NCBI GenBank assembly: GCA_045539055.1
Contig: JAZQEQ010000252.1
Span: forward strand, 1-40,413
Direction of reading: 5' to 3'
Length of the DNA: 40,413 nt
From: Oscillospiraceae bacterium
Lineage (GTDB): Bacteria > Bacillota > Clostridia > Oscillospirales > Ruminococcaceae
The notes under the pieces were generated by a model. It was given only the letters and a program-made list of their open reading frames with translations. It was not told where the DNA came from and searched no databases. The position numbers and the translations under genes were made by a program. Position 1 is the stretch's first letter. Every line of letters begins with the position of its first letter. Below are positions 27,582 through 36,762 of this stretch, one piece after another.

Positions 27582-27615
27582 AATAACCGCCGCGGTATGT
27601 ACTGCGGCGGTTATT
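27582..27615. terminator. Intrinsic terminator, paralog of 24116-24151
   Basis: AATAACCGCCGCGGTA / TACTGCGGCGGTTATT stem. Confidence 0.8.
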
Positions 27616-27659
27616 CTGCTTGAGTGTTTTGACTGAAAAGCATAACGCTGTTCAGAAAG

Positions 27660-27921
27660 CTATGAAGAATAGTTCTCCTTTAAATAATCGAATGTTGTTG
27701 CAGGAACGAATTCGCGCAGTTTATCCCACTTTTTTCTTTCAGCAGCTTGCGGACCTCACTTGCCGAGATGACATCATCGCCATTTGTTTTTCGGCTGATC
27801 TCCCTGAATTCGATATCATAAGGTGCTCCTTGCAGTACTAATTTAGACATCTGATGACATTCATTCAGATACCACAAGTGTTGTTTGATGATTTTATCAA
27901 CAGAGGAAATATAATTGTCAA
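27660..27921 (-). pseudogene. Internally deleted paralog of the CitC-like gene (3' end + RBS/start + promoter)
   Basis: 27660-27820 aligns with 24195-24356 (YDIEFREISRKTNGDDVISASEVR, one frameshift); joined at TCATA directly to AAGGAG RBS; GGAAATATAATTGTCAAGG matches 26544-26562. Confidence 0.85.
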
Positions 27922-28042
27922 GGATATGGCGTACCACTACGTGCCTGAAGCGTCGATAATAGCAGAATATACACTCAGATACTACTCGAATCAATAGAGA
28001 TTGAGGAATATTCCCGCTATTATGACAGCGATGAATTGATCG

Positions 28043-28111
28043 GCTTGTAGAGCAGTTTATCGCTAAGGTGCTTATGTGGGAGACAGGTTGGAGATGCAGT
28101 AGAGATTCTGA
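28043..28111 (+). pseudogene. Remnant 3' end of a second serine recombinase
   Basis: 28050-28111 matches 24049-24111 at 54/63 positions (EQFIAKVLMW, frameshift, DRLEMQ*RF*). Confidence 0.85.
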
Positions 28112-28115
28112 ACTG

Positions 28116-28156
28116 ATAAAAGGAACCCTCTGCCATTGGCAGAGGGTTCCTTTTAT
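28116..28156. terminator. Bidirectional terminator (perfect 20 bp inverted repeat)
   Basis: ATAAAAGGAACCCTCTGCCA-T-TGGCAGAGGGTTCCTTTTAT, downstream of both the recombinase remnant and the ATP-grasp gene. Confidence 0.85.
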
Positions 28157-28192
28157 ATAAGCGTTAGTCAATTGGATACTTAATCTGATGTT

Positions 28193-29422
28193 TTATTTCC
28201 AAATTGGTCTTTTTATACCATCTTCAGTTTTCACTTTAATATCAATTGTGTCAATCAATACGTTTTTGATTTTCTCAAGATCATCCCTATCAGTACCTTT
28301 GACAACAATCGGGCCAAAACGCGAGGTTTTGTCTTTAGGTTTACTGATCTTATCGCCAACATTTATCTTGATTTCTCGCGAAGCAACCACACCGTTGATA
28401 GCCATATATTTATCCAGTCCATTACATTCGATAACTTCACCCTCTGGTAGAATAAATGTATAAAAAGCAGCCGCATTATTCTCAAGCTTTGCGGTAAAAA
28501 AATCATCTACATTTTCGCCCATGGCTGCTTTGATGAGGTATGGTTGAGTGTCCACTCCATAGGCGTTAGGGATAACATCTGATGTAACCAAAGCGCCGGC
28601 ACCCCTGATTGCCATTTCGATAATATAAAGTTTGTCGTTTTTGCTGTCATAAATCCATTCAGCCCATACATGGCCGAAAAGAGGCTTCAAATAGTTTATT
28701 ACTTTTGCAAATTCGCTCTCCATGCGCATCATCATAGTACTGCTGATATTTGCAGGAAAAGCATTTGTGTATGGCAGGAACAAATCCGGTAGGTCAAAGT
28801 AATATCTATCAGAATATGCAAACATACGGAATTTTCCGTTGCCGACAAATCCTTGTGAAAAGTATTGCGGCCCTGAAATATATTCCTCGGCAATAATCCT
28901 TTTTGAACGCGAGGCTGACATAGCAAAATCATATCCTTTTGCTAAATCCTCATTACTATTTACACGTATAACTCCTCTGCTTGCAAAGGAATCTACAGGT
29001 TTTAAGACTATTGGGTATTCCAGGACGCCAATTGTTTTTTCCAATTCCTCAAAAGAAGTGATCTCATAGTTTTTGGCAACAGGCAGCCCTATCGCGGTGA
29101 AAACTTCACGCATACGACTTTTGTCTGTAAATGCAATTGCGTTATCGTAACCGAAGGTTGGCAGATGGAGCGCTTCGGCTACCTTTGCTACGATTGGCGT
29201 CGCTATATCAGATTCTGCTAGTACACCACTTATTTCGCGTTTTTTTGCTATCTCTATTATCTTATCTACGTTAAAGATGTCTTCTTCAATGGCCTCATCT
29301 GCGATAGCTAGACCAGGGGCTTCGTACGAGCTGACGACGATAACATAATACCCTAGAGATTTTGCAGTTTTGATAATAGACAGTTGATTAACGCCTGCGC
29401 CAATAATTAAGATTTTCTTCAT
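28193..29422 (-). CDS. ATP-grasp domain carboxylate-amine ligase
   Basis: ILIIGAGVNQ, TDKSRMR, YPIVLKPVDSFASRGV, AEEYISG, IIEMAIRGAG. Confidence 0.85.
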   Translation of the reverse strand: MKKILIIGAGVNQLSIIKTAKSLGYYVIVVSSYEAPGLAIADEAIEEDIFNVDKIIEIAKKREISGVLAESDIATPIVAKVAEALHLPTFGYDNAIAFTDKSRMREVFTAIGLPVAKNYEITSFEELEKTIGVLEYPIVLKPVDSFASRGVIRVNSNEDLAKGYDFAMSASRSKRIIAEEYISGPQYFSQGFVGNGKFRMFAYSDRYYFDLPDLFLPYTNAFPANISSTMMMRMESEFAKVINYLKPLFGHVWAEWIYDSKNDKLYIIEMAIRGAGALVTSDVIPNAYGVDTQPYLIKAAMGENVDDFFTAKLENNAAAFYTFILPEGEVIECNGLDKYMAINGVVASREIKINVGDKISKPKDKTSRFGPIVVKGTDRDDLEKIKNVLIDTIDIKVKTEDGIKRPIWK

Positions 29423-30078
29423 TTTTTCTCCTCCGACAAGTACTTCTTAAGGCAAACCGTATCATAAGTTGACCAATACAACTCATTTACACATTTATGC
29501 CATTTTTTTTCTTGCTCAACCATATCTTTTAATTTAACGAGAAAATCTTCGTTTATACAGTTTTTAGGAATTATTGCGACACCGCTGTCATCGCAAACGG
29601 CAATCGCGCCTTGATAGTAATTTCTGTGCTCATCAGCTATTTTAGTTATTTCTTCGTTTTCATCTTTTTTGATATTGTAGCAACCTAATGGAGTGATGCC
29701 TGTGCACCACATCATTCTATCTTTTTCAAGAAGAGTGGTCAGATCGCGCATATATCCCGTTGAAATGACGGCTATACTTTTTTTGTTGTCATAGATATAG
29801 TCTGAAACAATTTCGCCAAATAAAGCTCTATTATTAACAGCTATACTATCTACAAAAACAATTTTATTCTCCGGAAGATTTACAAGCTGCTCATGGATCG
29901 ACCAGTTTGAATCACTGTGACCGTAAATATAATGTATTTGTCCTACAGCATAATAGCCTGTTTTGATGGGTTTGGAGTTTTCCAATACACCGGTTTTGTT
30001 CATGCAATCGGTTATTTGTGCAGTGTCCATACGATTTACAGTGATATACTCAATTATTTTATCAGTTAGTGATTGCAT
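29419..30078 (-). CDS. RraA-like / HMG aldolase family protein
   Basis: RALFGEIV, TGYMRD, AVCDDSGVAIIP. ATG 30078 follows GGAG; 4 bp overlap with the ATP-grasp gene. Confidence 0.7.
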   Translation of the reverse strand: MQSLTDKIIEYITVNRMDTAQITDCMNKTGVLENSKPIKTGYYAVGQIHYIYGHSDSNWSIHEQLVNLPENKIVFVDSIAVNNRALFGEIVSDYIYDNKKSIAVISTGYMRDLTTLLEKDRMMWCTGITPLGCYNIKKDENEEITKIADEHRNYYQGAIAVCDDSGVAIIPKNCINEDFLVKLKDMVEQEKKWHKCVNELYWSTYDTVCLKKYLSEEKK

Positions 30079-30216
30079 CAAGATTTCTCCATTTCGATAG
30101 TTATTTAATTTGACAAAAACAGAAAAGAATAATAGCAAATGAAGTCATGGGGTTAACTAATGATTGAAACTTCTTTAGATGATAAATTCATGCAGTTGGA
30201 TTTTGGTATGGCAAAA

Positions 30217-31344
30217 CTAATCGTTTAAAGAGTTTAAATAGTCCATAAAGCTTTGCTTGTTTTCAAGGGTGGTGGTAGTAGGTCTTCCGAGATCATCACG
30301 TGACCCTATAGAACATTTAATTTCTATAAAACTAAGTTCATTTCTTGCTTTTGCCAATTTTAGTTCATTGTCTAATGTTGTTAAGTCATTAACGCAGACC
30401 GCATTCGGATAACCGCATGCTCTCGCAATAGATACAAGATCTATTTTCGAAGCAACTGTTGGCATGCCACCAACAGTGTCATGTGAACCGTTATTTATGA
30501 CAATGTGAATCATATTACTGGGAGTATGGGCACCAAGCACGGCTATTGCTCCCATATGCATTAGGGCTGATCCATCCCCATCAATACACCAGATTTTCAA
30601 GTTTGGCTTATTTATTGCAATGCCAAGAGCAATGCTATTGGTATGGCCCATTGAACCTACAGTAAGAAAATCATATTTGTGGCTTTGGCAATTTCTTTCC
30701 CTTATTTCAAAGAGTTCTCGGCTGGCTTTACCTGTGGTGCAGATTATAGGATCATCACTGGCTGCTTTTACAATGTGTTGAATTACTTCTTCACGGCTCA
30801 TTGAGTTGTTATTTTCATATAGCACCTTATCATTATAGGAAAGCGCCCCTTTTCTTATAACAAATGCAACACTTTTGCCGGTATTAAGGCGATCTCTGAA
30901 ATCTGCCATCGTCGTTATTAGGGCTTCATCGGAAGTTTCTTTGTCAATAACAAAAGATTTTATATCCATAACATCGAGAAGCTTTAATGTTATCTCGCCC
31001 TGATAGATATGTTGAGGTTCATCATGAATGCCAGGTTCACCCCTCCAACCAATTATAAATATTATAGGAATAGCGTATACTTTATCATTTAATAATGACG
31101 CAACAGGGTTTATGATATTTCCTTGTCCACTGTTTTGCATATATACTACTGCCACTTTGCCTGTAGAAAGATGATATCCTGCTGCAAGAGCAGTGCTGTT
31201 GCCTTCGTTTGCAGCAATTACATGATGTTTAGGATCAATGCCGTATGTGTTTATTAGACAGTCACAAAGCGGCTTCAACTGTGAATCCGGAACACCTGTA
31301 TAAAAATCCGATCCGATTATTTCAAGCAGTTTTTCAGCTTCCAT
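30217..31344 (-). CDS. aepY: Phosphonopyruvate decarboxylase
   Basis: TGVPDSQLK, AANEG, MQNSGQGN, GWRGEPG..DEPQH, VGSMGH, ThDP motif DGDGSALMH. Confidence 0.95.
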   Translation of the reverse strand: MEAEKLLEIIGSDFYTGVPDSQLKPLCDCLINTYGIDPKHHVIAANEGNSTALAAGYHLSTGKVAVVYMQNSGQGNIINPVASLLNDKVYAIPIIFIIGWRGEPGIHDEPQHIYQGEITLKLLDVMDIKSFVIDKETSDEALITTMADFRDRLNTGKSVAFVIRKGALSYNDKVLYENNNSMSREEVIQHIVKAASDDPIICTTGKASRELFEIRERNCQSHKYDFLTVGSMGHTNSIALGIAINKPNLKIWCIDGDGSALMHMGAIAVLGAHTPSNMIHIVINNGSHDTVGGMPTVASKIDLVSIARACGYPNAVCVNDLTTLDNELKLAKARNELSFIEIKCSIGSRDDLGRPTTTTLENKQSFMDYLNSLND

Positions 31345-31359
31345 AAAACAGTTAATCTC

Positions 31360-32058
31360 CTATTCTAATATTTTGCGTCGTATTTCTTCGAGTTCTTTAA
31401 CTGTATCTATCTCAATGACCTGGTTATGTTCTACAGGCTGAATAGTAAGATCGAACTTGTCGATATACTTGTTTACTACATCATCCCAGAACAATTCTTC
31501 ATAACCTTGTGTTCCATATTCTTTCTCTATTGCTTTGTGCAGCAGTTCGGCATCATCAGCAAGAAAATAAGCTATACCTGTCATGTTATAGCAATTGTAT
31601 CCTCCCTTGCCTACTCGGGTAATTATTCCATTTTCATTCAGGTCAAATACCCAGTCATCCGAATACCCCTCTACCTTTTTTCCGTAGTAACAGGAACTGT
31701 TAAGCTCAGCTTCGAATATCGATAGATCAGCAACGTATAAATCGGTTTCACAAATAAAACAATTTCCCATTAACAAGGTTTCCCTTGCCGTATGTACAGA
31801 GGATATATTGTTTATTGTTTCATAGTCCTTATTGTATAAGATACTGAGATTAGGATATTTATCAGTCAGATAACTGAATTGTTTGCCTAAATAACCAACG
31901 ACTACTACAATATTATCGACGCCTCTTTTTTCCAATCCATCGATAACTGTTTCGATCATCGGTTTTTCACCAATTTTTATCAATGGTTTTGGCACGGTTT
32001 TTGTAAGGGGATGCATTCTTGTACCCATTCCCGATGCCATTAATATTGCATTTTCCAT
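31360..32058 (-). CDS. NTP transferase, LicC/PntC-like (phosphonate or phosphocholine cytidylyltransferase)
   Basis: AILMASGMGTRM.P...PKPL, VVVGY, NNISS, EIDT; lies between aepX and aepY. Confidence 0.8.
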   Translation of the reverse strand: MENAILMASGMGTRMHPLTKTVPKPLIKIGEKPMIETVIDGLEKRGVDNIVVVVGYLGKQFSYLTDKYPNLSILYNKDYETINNISSVHTARETLLMGNCFICETDLYVADLSIFEAELNSSCYYGKKVEGYSDDWVFDLNENGIITRVGKGGYNCYNMTGIAYFLADDAELLHKAIEKEYGTQGYEELFWDDVVNKYIDKFDLTIQPVEHNQVIEIDTVKELEEIRRKILE

Positions 32059-32066
32059 AGAATACC

Positions 32067-33362
32067 TCAAAGCTCATCGATCAGTGTAATAATTTGTTTG
32101 ATCGGCATTAACCTATCATCGACCTCTTTGGCGCGATGGAAGCGGAGAATATCTTCAGCAGTTTTTTGCATAGCGGGGAAAGCGCTTCTTGTCAGTTGAT
32201 TTGCATAAATTACTATATTTACACCATGAGAGGATAACTCGTCTTCGGTTATTGTATTAAAGCTGGTAGGAACAACAACTATAGGAGTCGCTTTATCAGT
32301 TTCTCTGAATCGGTCACAAAATTCTAGAATCTCATCAGGTGTTCTTTGGCGGCTATGTATCATAATGGCATCAGCGCCGGCATCAACAAATGAATGTGCT
32401 CTTTTCAATGCATCGTCCATGCCTTTTTCCAGAATCAAACTTTCGATTCTGGCTATTATCATGAAGTCATCTGTAAGCTGTGCTTGCTTACCGGCTGAAA
32501 TTTTAGCGCTGAAGTTTTCAATGCTATCTTGCTTCTGGTCAACTTCTGTGCCAAACAGAGAGTTTTTTTTGAATCCGGTTTTATCTTCTATAATAATTGC
32601 TGAAACTCCCATCTTTTCAAGGGTTCGTACCGTATACACAAAATGTTCGGTCAAACCTCCTGTGTCGCCGTCAAATATAATGGGTTTTGTAGTTACTTCC
32701 GTCACGTCATCGATAGTTCGGAATCGTGAAGTCATGTCAACAAGTTCAATATCAGGCTTTCCTTTTACTGTAGAATCACAAAGCGAACTGATCCACATAG
32801 CATCAAACTGATCCAATTCTCCATCCTGTTCAATGACAGTTTTTTCGGCGATCAATCCTGTAATACCGCTGTGTACTTCTATTGCTTTTACGATCGGACG
32901 AATGTTAAGGAGTTGCCTGAGCCTTTTTCTGCGGTATTCTGGCATTGCAAGTTTTTCTTTTACCTGCCGTTCAATCCTTCTAATATTATCATTATTAGTA
33001 TATTTTACTTCAATAAGTTCTCCGCCGTAAGCAGCTAATAACTTTTTTACATTTTCTCGAATTGCTTTCTCGCTTCCGGTGTTCCAGTTGTCACCATGTA
33101 TGATATAATCGGGATGTAATTTTTGTACAATGTCGTCGTACATAACGCTATTTTGTACTATGACCTGGTCTACGCCGTCCAGTTCCTTATAAAGCTTGAT
33201 TCTTTTTTCCAGAGAAACCGTTGGGAATCTGTTATATCTTATCAGAGCTTCATCCGACAATGCTCCGACAATTACTTTACCATATGTTTTTGCTATATTT
33301 ATAATATTTCGGTGTCCCTCATGAATGATTCCTGTGCAAAAACAAGTATAAATCGTTTTCAT
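32067..33362 (-). CDS. aepX: Phosphoenolpyruvate mutase with N-terminal cytidylyltransferase domain
   Basis: PepM signature IEDKTGFKKNS, GKPDIE, DGDTGG, IARIES; N-terminal HEGH (HIGH-like) and HGDNW. Confidence 0.95.
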   Translation of the reverse strand: MKTIYTCFCTGIIHEGHRNIINIAKTYGKVIVGALSDEALIRYNRFPTVSLEKRIKLYKELDGVDQVIVQNSVMYDDIVQKLHPDYIIHGDNWNTGSEKAIRENVKKLLAAYGGELIEVKYTNNDNIRRIERQVKEKLAMPEYRRKRLRQLLNIRPIVKAIEVHSGITGLIAEKTVIEQDGELDQFDAMWISSLCDSTVKGKPDIELVDMTSRFRTIDDVTEVTTKPIIFDGDTGGLTEHFVYTVRTLEKMGVSAIIIEDKTGFKKNSLFGTEVDQKQDSIENFSAKISAGKQAQLTDDFMIIARIESLILEKGMDDALKRAHSFVDAGADAIMIHSRQRTPDEILEFCDRFRETDKATPIVVVPTSFNTITEDELSSHGVNIVIYANQLTRSAFPAMQKTAEDILRFHRAKEVDDRLMPIKQIITLIDEL

Positions 33363-33376
33363 TTCATTCTCCTATT

Positions 33377-34510
33377 TTATTGTTTATTGTAGTGCACCGG
33401 AATGGCAACACCGTTTTCTTTCAGTGACTCTTTGAATACTGAAAAGAATTCTTCTATATCCGGTACGTCTATAGCACCCAAAGCGCATAGACGGAATGTA
33501 TTAGTATTGGAAATTTTCCCTGGATAGATGGTAAATCCATGCTTATAACAATAATCATGAATCTTTTCAAAATCCCAATTGGGGTCATCAGGATAGATCA
33601 CAGAAGATACTAATCCAGCTCTCAATTCGGGTTTAATAAATTGCTGGAATCCGAGTTTATCGAGGCCATCGTTTATTGCATTAAAAACGCGAGTATGCCT
33701 TTCCCACTTAGCTTTTTCACCTTCTGCCCAATATTCTTTTAATGCTTGTATCGTTGCATAAATAGTTTGCACAGGAGGAGTAAAATGCATCTCTCCTGTG
33801 CGATTAAAGAAATCATATTGCATATATAGGTTGCAGTAATAACTACGCTTGGGGTAATGTTTGCTTGCTTCAATAATCGATTTGTTTCCAATGATAAATG
33901 ACAATCCTGTAAATGACATAAGCCCTTTTTGTGCTGATGCCATACAAAAGTCGATGTTATCCTTTTCCATATCTATGGGCCTCATCGCATATGTGGATGT
34001 TGTATCCACAATGAATATTGCCTCATACTTATGGGTTAAAGCGCCGATTTCACGTATAGGATTTAGGATTCCAGTTCCTGTTTCATTGTGGGTCGTGTAT
34101 ACCACTCCGATATCGGGGTTGCTTTTAAGTGTTTCCTCGACAGTATTTAAGTCGGGTATCTGGTTTGCCGGAAACTCAAGATTAATATAAGGGAGCCTAT
34201 AATATTGACATACTTCGACCGCTCTCGCACTATAGGCACCATTGTTTATAACCAATATTTTCTTTTCATCTGGCAAAAGCGAGTTGATACACACGTCAAT
34301 ATTTATTGTACCGGACCCACAGAAAAGTACACTTGTATATTTCTTTAAATCGCCATGAACAATTTTGACCAGATCGTTACGCAAACTTTCCATGAGGTCA
34401 GCAAATTCTTTTTCCCTGGGACATATATCAGGTACAACCTGTGCTGATTTTACTGTATCAGTGGTTGTTGATGGTCCGGGATTCAAAAGAATATTACGTT
34501 TACACATCAT
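33377..34510 (-). CDS. aepZ: 2-aminoethylphosphonate aminotransferase (PhnW/AepZ)
   Basis: LLNPGP, NNGAY, HNETGTG, VDTTS, PLP Lys in SAQKG, FTPP, IYPGK; clustered with aepX and aepY. Confidence 0.88.
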   Translation of the reverse strand: MMCKRNILLNPGPSTTTDTVKSAQVVPDICPREKEFADLMESLRNDLVKIVHGDLKKYTSVLFCGSGTINIDVCINSLLPDEKKILVINNGAYSARAVEVCQYYRLPYINLEFPANQIPDLNTVEETLKSNPDIGVVYTTHNETGTGILNPIREIGALTHKYEAIFIVDTTSTYAMRPIDMEKDNIDFCMASAQKGLMSFTGLSFIIGNKSIIEASKHYPKRSYYCNLYMQYDFFNRTGEMHFTPPVQTIYATIQALKEYWAEGEKAKWERHTRVFNAINDGLDKLGFQQFIKPELRAGLVSSVIYPDDPNWDFEKIHDYCYKHGFTIYPGKISNTNTFRLCALGAIDVPDIEEFFSVFKESLKENGVAIPVHYNKQ

Positions 34511-34685
34511 TGAAATTCTCCTTTTATAAAGCAACATATTAATACTTTTCTTTGATATTGGTCATGTAATCAAGTCAAATGAACCAGAGTGTGCTATATT
34601 GGTTGATGGATTCGCGCGCGGCTGTATATAGCCACATGTGGATTGCAGTTGAATGAATAGAGCCTTAAAAAAACAAGCTAAACTA

Positions 34686-35870
34686 TCATTTTATTGTATC
34701 CATTATATATCGATGGATCGCATACCCTATATTCGACTCGGAACATGTTTCGTTTGCGCTGTCAGTTGCGACTAGTTTTTCCAGAAACATATTCATGGTA
34801 TCAGTATAAGCAAATGCTTCGTTAAGCTCCGAAGCATAGTGTTTTTCAAAAATGCGGTTCATTGTATCTGCCGCTTTTACATTATCTTCTTCGGATAATA
34901 TAAAGCGAATCGAAAATGTGGTATAATCGGTTGTATTCACTGCCACTAATTCGTTGCAGCCTTTCGGAAACAGATAAATAATGTTATCTATTAACTTATA
35001 AAATCCGAACAGGGCATCTGGTTTGAATCTTTTTACTGTTTCAGGCAGTTCAATTCTATTTTGGCATTGTTTTTGGGTATCGTATAGGATCAGGTCGTTG
35101 CTCTGGCAGGGAATAAGCAAGAGTTTGTTTCCTATTCTAATCGTATCCCAGTATGGCTCTGTGCCATTGACAACTGATATATTTATAGGATGGCATTTTA
35201 GGTTGTTTTCGATTGTGTTTAGTTCAAAGATGTTTGGGTTCCCATATAAGTAAAGATAAAAAGTGCTTTCGTTGTATGCGCGAAATGAAGTAGCCATTAC
35301 ATTGTCGGGGAAATTGTATTTTTTAACCGTATGCAGACTACAATCTATACGAAAGCAGATATTTTTTCTGAAAATCTGGATATAGAGCATGTTATATTGA
35401 AAGTCAACACATTTTGTTGATATGGTATAGCTGCTGATATCTCCGAAATCACGAATATGCTCCATAACATCAGATATTTGTGCTGTTCTTTTTGGGGCAT
35501 CTACAACAACAATAGAATTGGATAGATCTTCGGGTATCATCCATATTATATTATTATTATCCATATAGGCGTTTGCCCACTTGTTTCCTGGTTTCTGTTC
35601 AAGTTTAATACTGTTTTCAAAGCAGCTATTATTTATATTCCATACATGGATAGTGTTGCCTGAATACGGAATAAAAAACAAAAAATCGTTATATCTTATT
35701 GTTTTAATATGAAGGTCATCGGCAAGCACAGCCTCATCATTGAACGTTGATACTATTTCTGTGTTGCCGTTACGAATATCAGTTTTCATCAGTGCATTGA
35801 AATTCAGATTAGAAAACCATAATTCGTTTCCAATCAGCTCTGCATCGAAAAAGTTTATAGGATTTTTCAT
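34686..35870 (-). CDS. Hypothetical protein, probably beta-propeller-like
   Basis: Repeated LWF/LFFIP/IWMIP/LLLIP/IYLFP strand motifs; 394 aa within the operon. Confidence 0.6.
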   Translation of the reverse strand: MKNPINFFDAELIGNELWFSNLNFNALMKTDIRNGNTEIVSTFNDEAVLADDLHIKTIRYNDFLFFIPYSGNTIHVWNINNSCFENSIKLEQKPGNKWANAYMDNNNIIWMIPEDLSNSIVVVDAPKRTAQISDVMEHIRDFGDISSYTISTKCVDFQYNMLYIQIFRKNICFRIDCSLHTVKKYNFPDNVMATSFRAYNESTFYLYLYGNPNIFELNTIENNLKCHPINISVVNGTEPYWDTIRIGNKLLLIPCQSNDLILYDTQKQCQNRIELPETVKRFKPDALFGFYKLIDNIIYLFPKGCNELVAVNTTDYTTFSIRFILSEEDNVKAADTMNRIFEKHYASELNEAFAYTDTMNMFLEKLVATDSANETCSESNIGYAIHRYIMDTIK

Positions 35871-35915
35871 TTTGCAATAACCTTTCGCGTTGATTGTCTA
35901 AGAGATAAATTATTA

Positions 35916-36749
35916 TCAAAACTTGATATATTTCGCTGTATGTATTGGTATACGTTCATTCTCAGGAGGAGGAGTCATATAATTTTCTCCGTACGTATGA
36001 ACCAAAACTTCATGTGTTCTTGCAGGCGCTCTGACAGTTGTCCCTTCAAACTCTATATCGCAAGTATCTTCAAACCATTCCTTTTGGAATCCTAAAGTTT
36101 CTTCAGGCGCACCCCAACCAAAGCATCTTACTTTCCGGGTATCCGAGTTTTTGTATTTTTTAACAAGATGCTCCATCCCTTTATGTGCCCAACTTTTTGG
36201 GAAAATATCAAGAAGCGTAAAGCCTATTTTGTTCCAAAAACCTTTAGCATGATGTTTACCAACTTGGGAATAAAGCATTTTTCGACATAGCCATGAAACA
36301 CAGGTGCAGAATTTGTACCCCAAACGCTTCTCGGGCAGATTGTCGTATGGGAAAACGTCAATGAAAATACCTGTTTTAGATTTGATTTCCTCATGATTCT
36401 TTCGAACGAATTCTGTTCCGTTTTTTAATATGCGTGCGTATTCCCAACGATATTCTTTATCGGTATTATGGTTTTGCAGAAAAAATTGAGTGTTTAGTTC
36501 GTTTTTGCATATTTCGCAAAATTTATTATAATCTTCGCGAAGCATGCAAACATCAATATCATCGTCCCATGGTATGAATCCCCTATGCCGTACAGCACCA
36601 AGCAATGTTCCTGCCGCGATTATATAATTTATATTATTCTTTCTGCATACTCTGTCAAGTTCTTTGAGCATTTCAAGCTCAACTAATTGTAGCCGACGTA
36701 GAATTTCATCGGTGTATTCAAAGCTATGCATAACCTCGATCGATTCCAT
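35916..36749 (-). CDS. licD: LicD family phosphotransferase
   Basis: GTLLGAVRHRGFIPWDDDIDV, IFIDVFPYD, YGENYMTPPP. Confidence 0.92.
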   Translation of the reverse strand: MESIEVMHSFEYTDEILRRLQLVELEMLKELDRVCRKNNINYIIAAGTLLGAVRHRGFIPWDDDIDVCMLREDYNKFCEICKNELNTQFFLQNHNTDKEYRWEYARILKNGTEFVRKNHEEIKSKTGIFIDVFPYDNLPEKRLGYKFCTCVSWLCRKMLYSQVGKHHAKGFWNKIGFTLLDIFPKSWAHKGMEHLVKKYKNSDTRKVRCFGWGAPEETLGFQKEWFEDTCDIEFEGTTVRAPARTHEVLVHTYGENYMTPPPENERIPIHTAKYIKF

Positions 36750-36762
36750 AGCCACCCTCTTT

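Larger units (their letters stand above)
18480..28160. mobile_element. Putative integrative island / recombination hotspot (boundaries approximate)
   Basis: Large serine recombinase, VirD4-like ATPase, dense non-coding repeats, duplicated and decayed segments, located between two glycan clusters. No att duplication identified. Confidence 0.5.

Noticed and set aside
27680-28171. 163-aa - strand ORF
   Set aside because: Chance read-through across a terminator, the antisense recombinase remnant, a promoter and the CitC-like fragment; no RBS.
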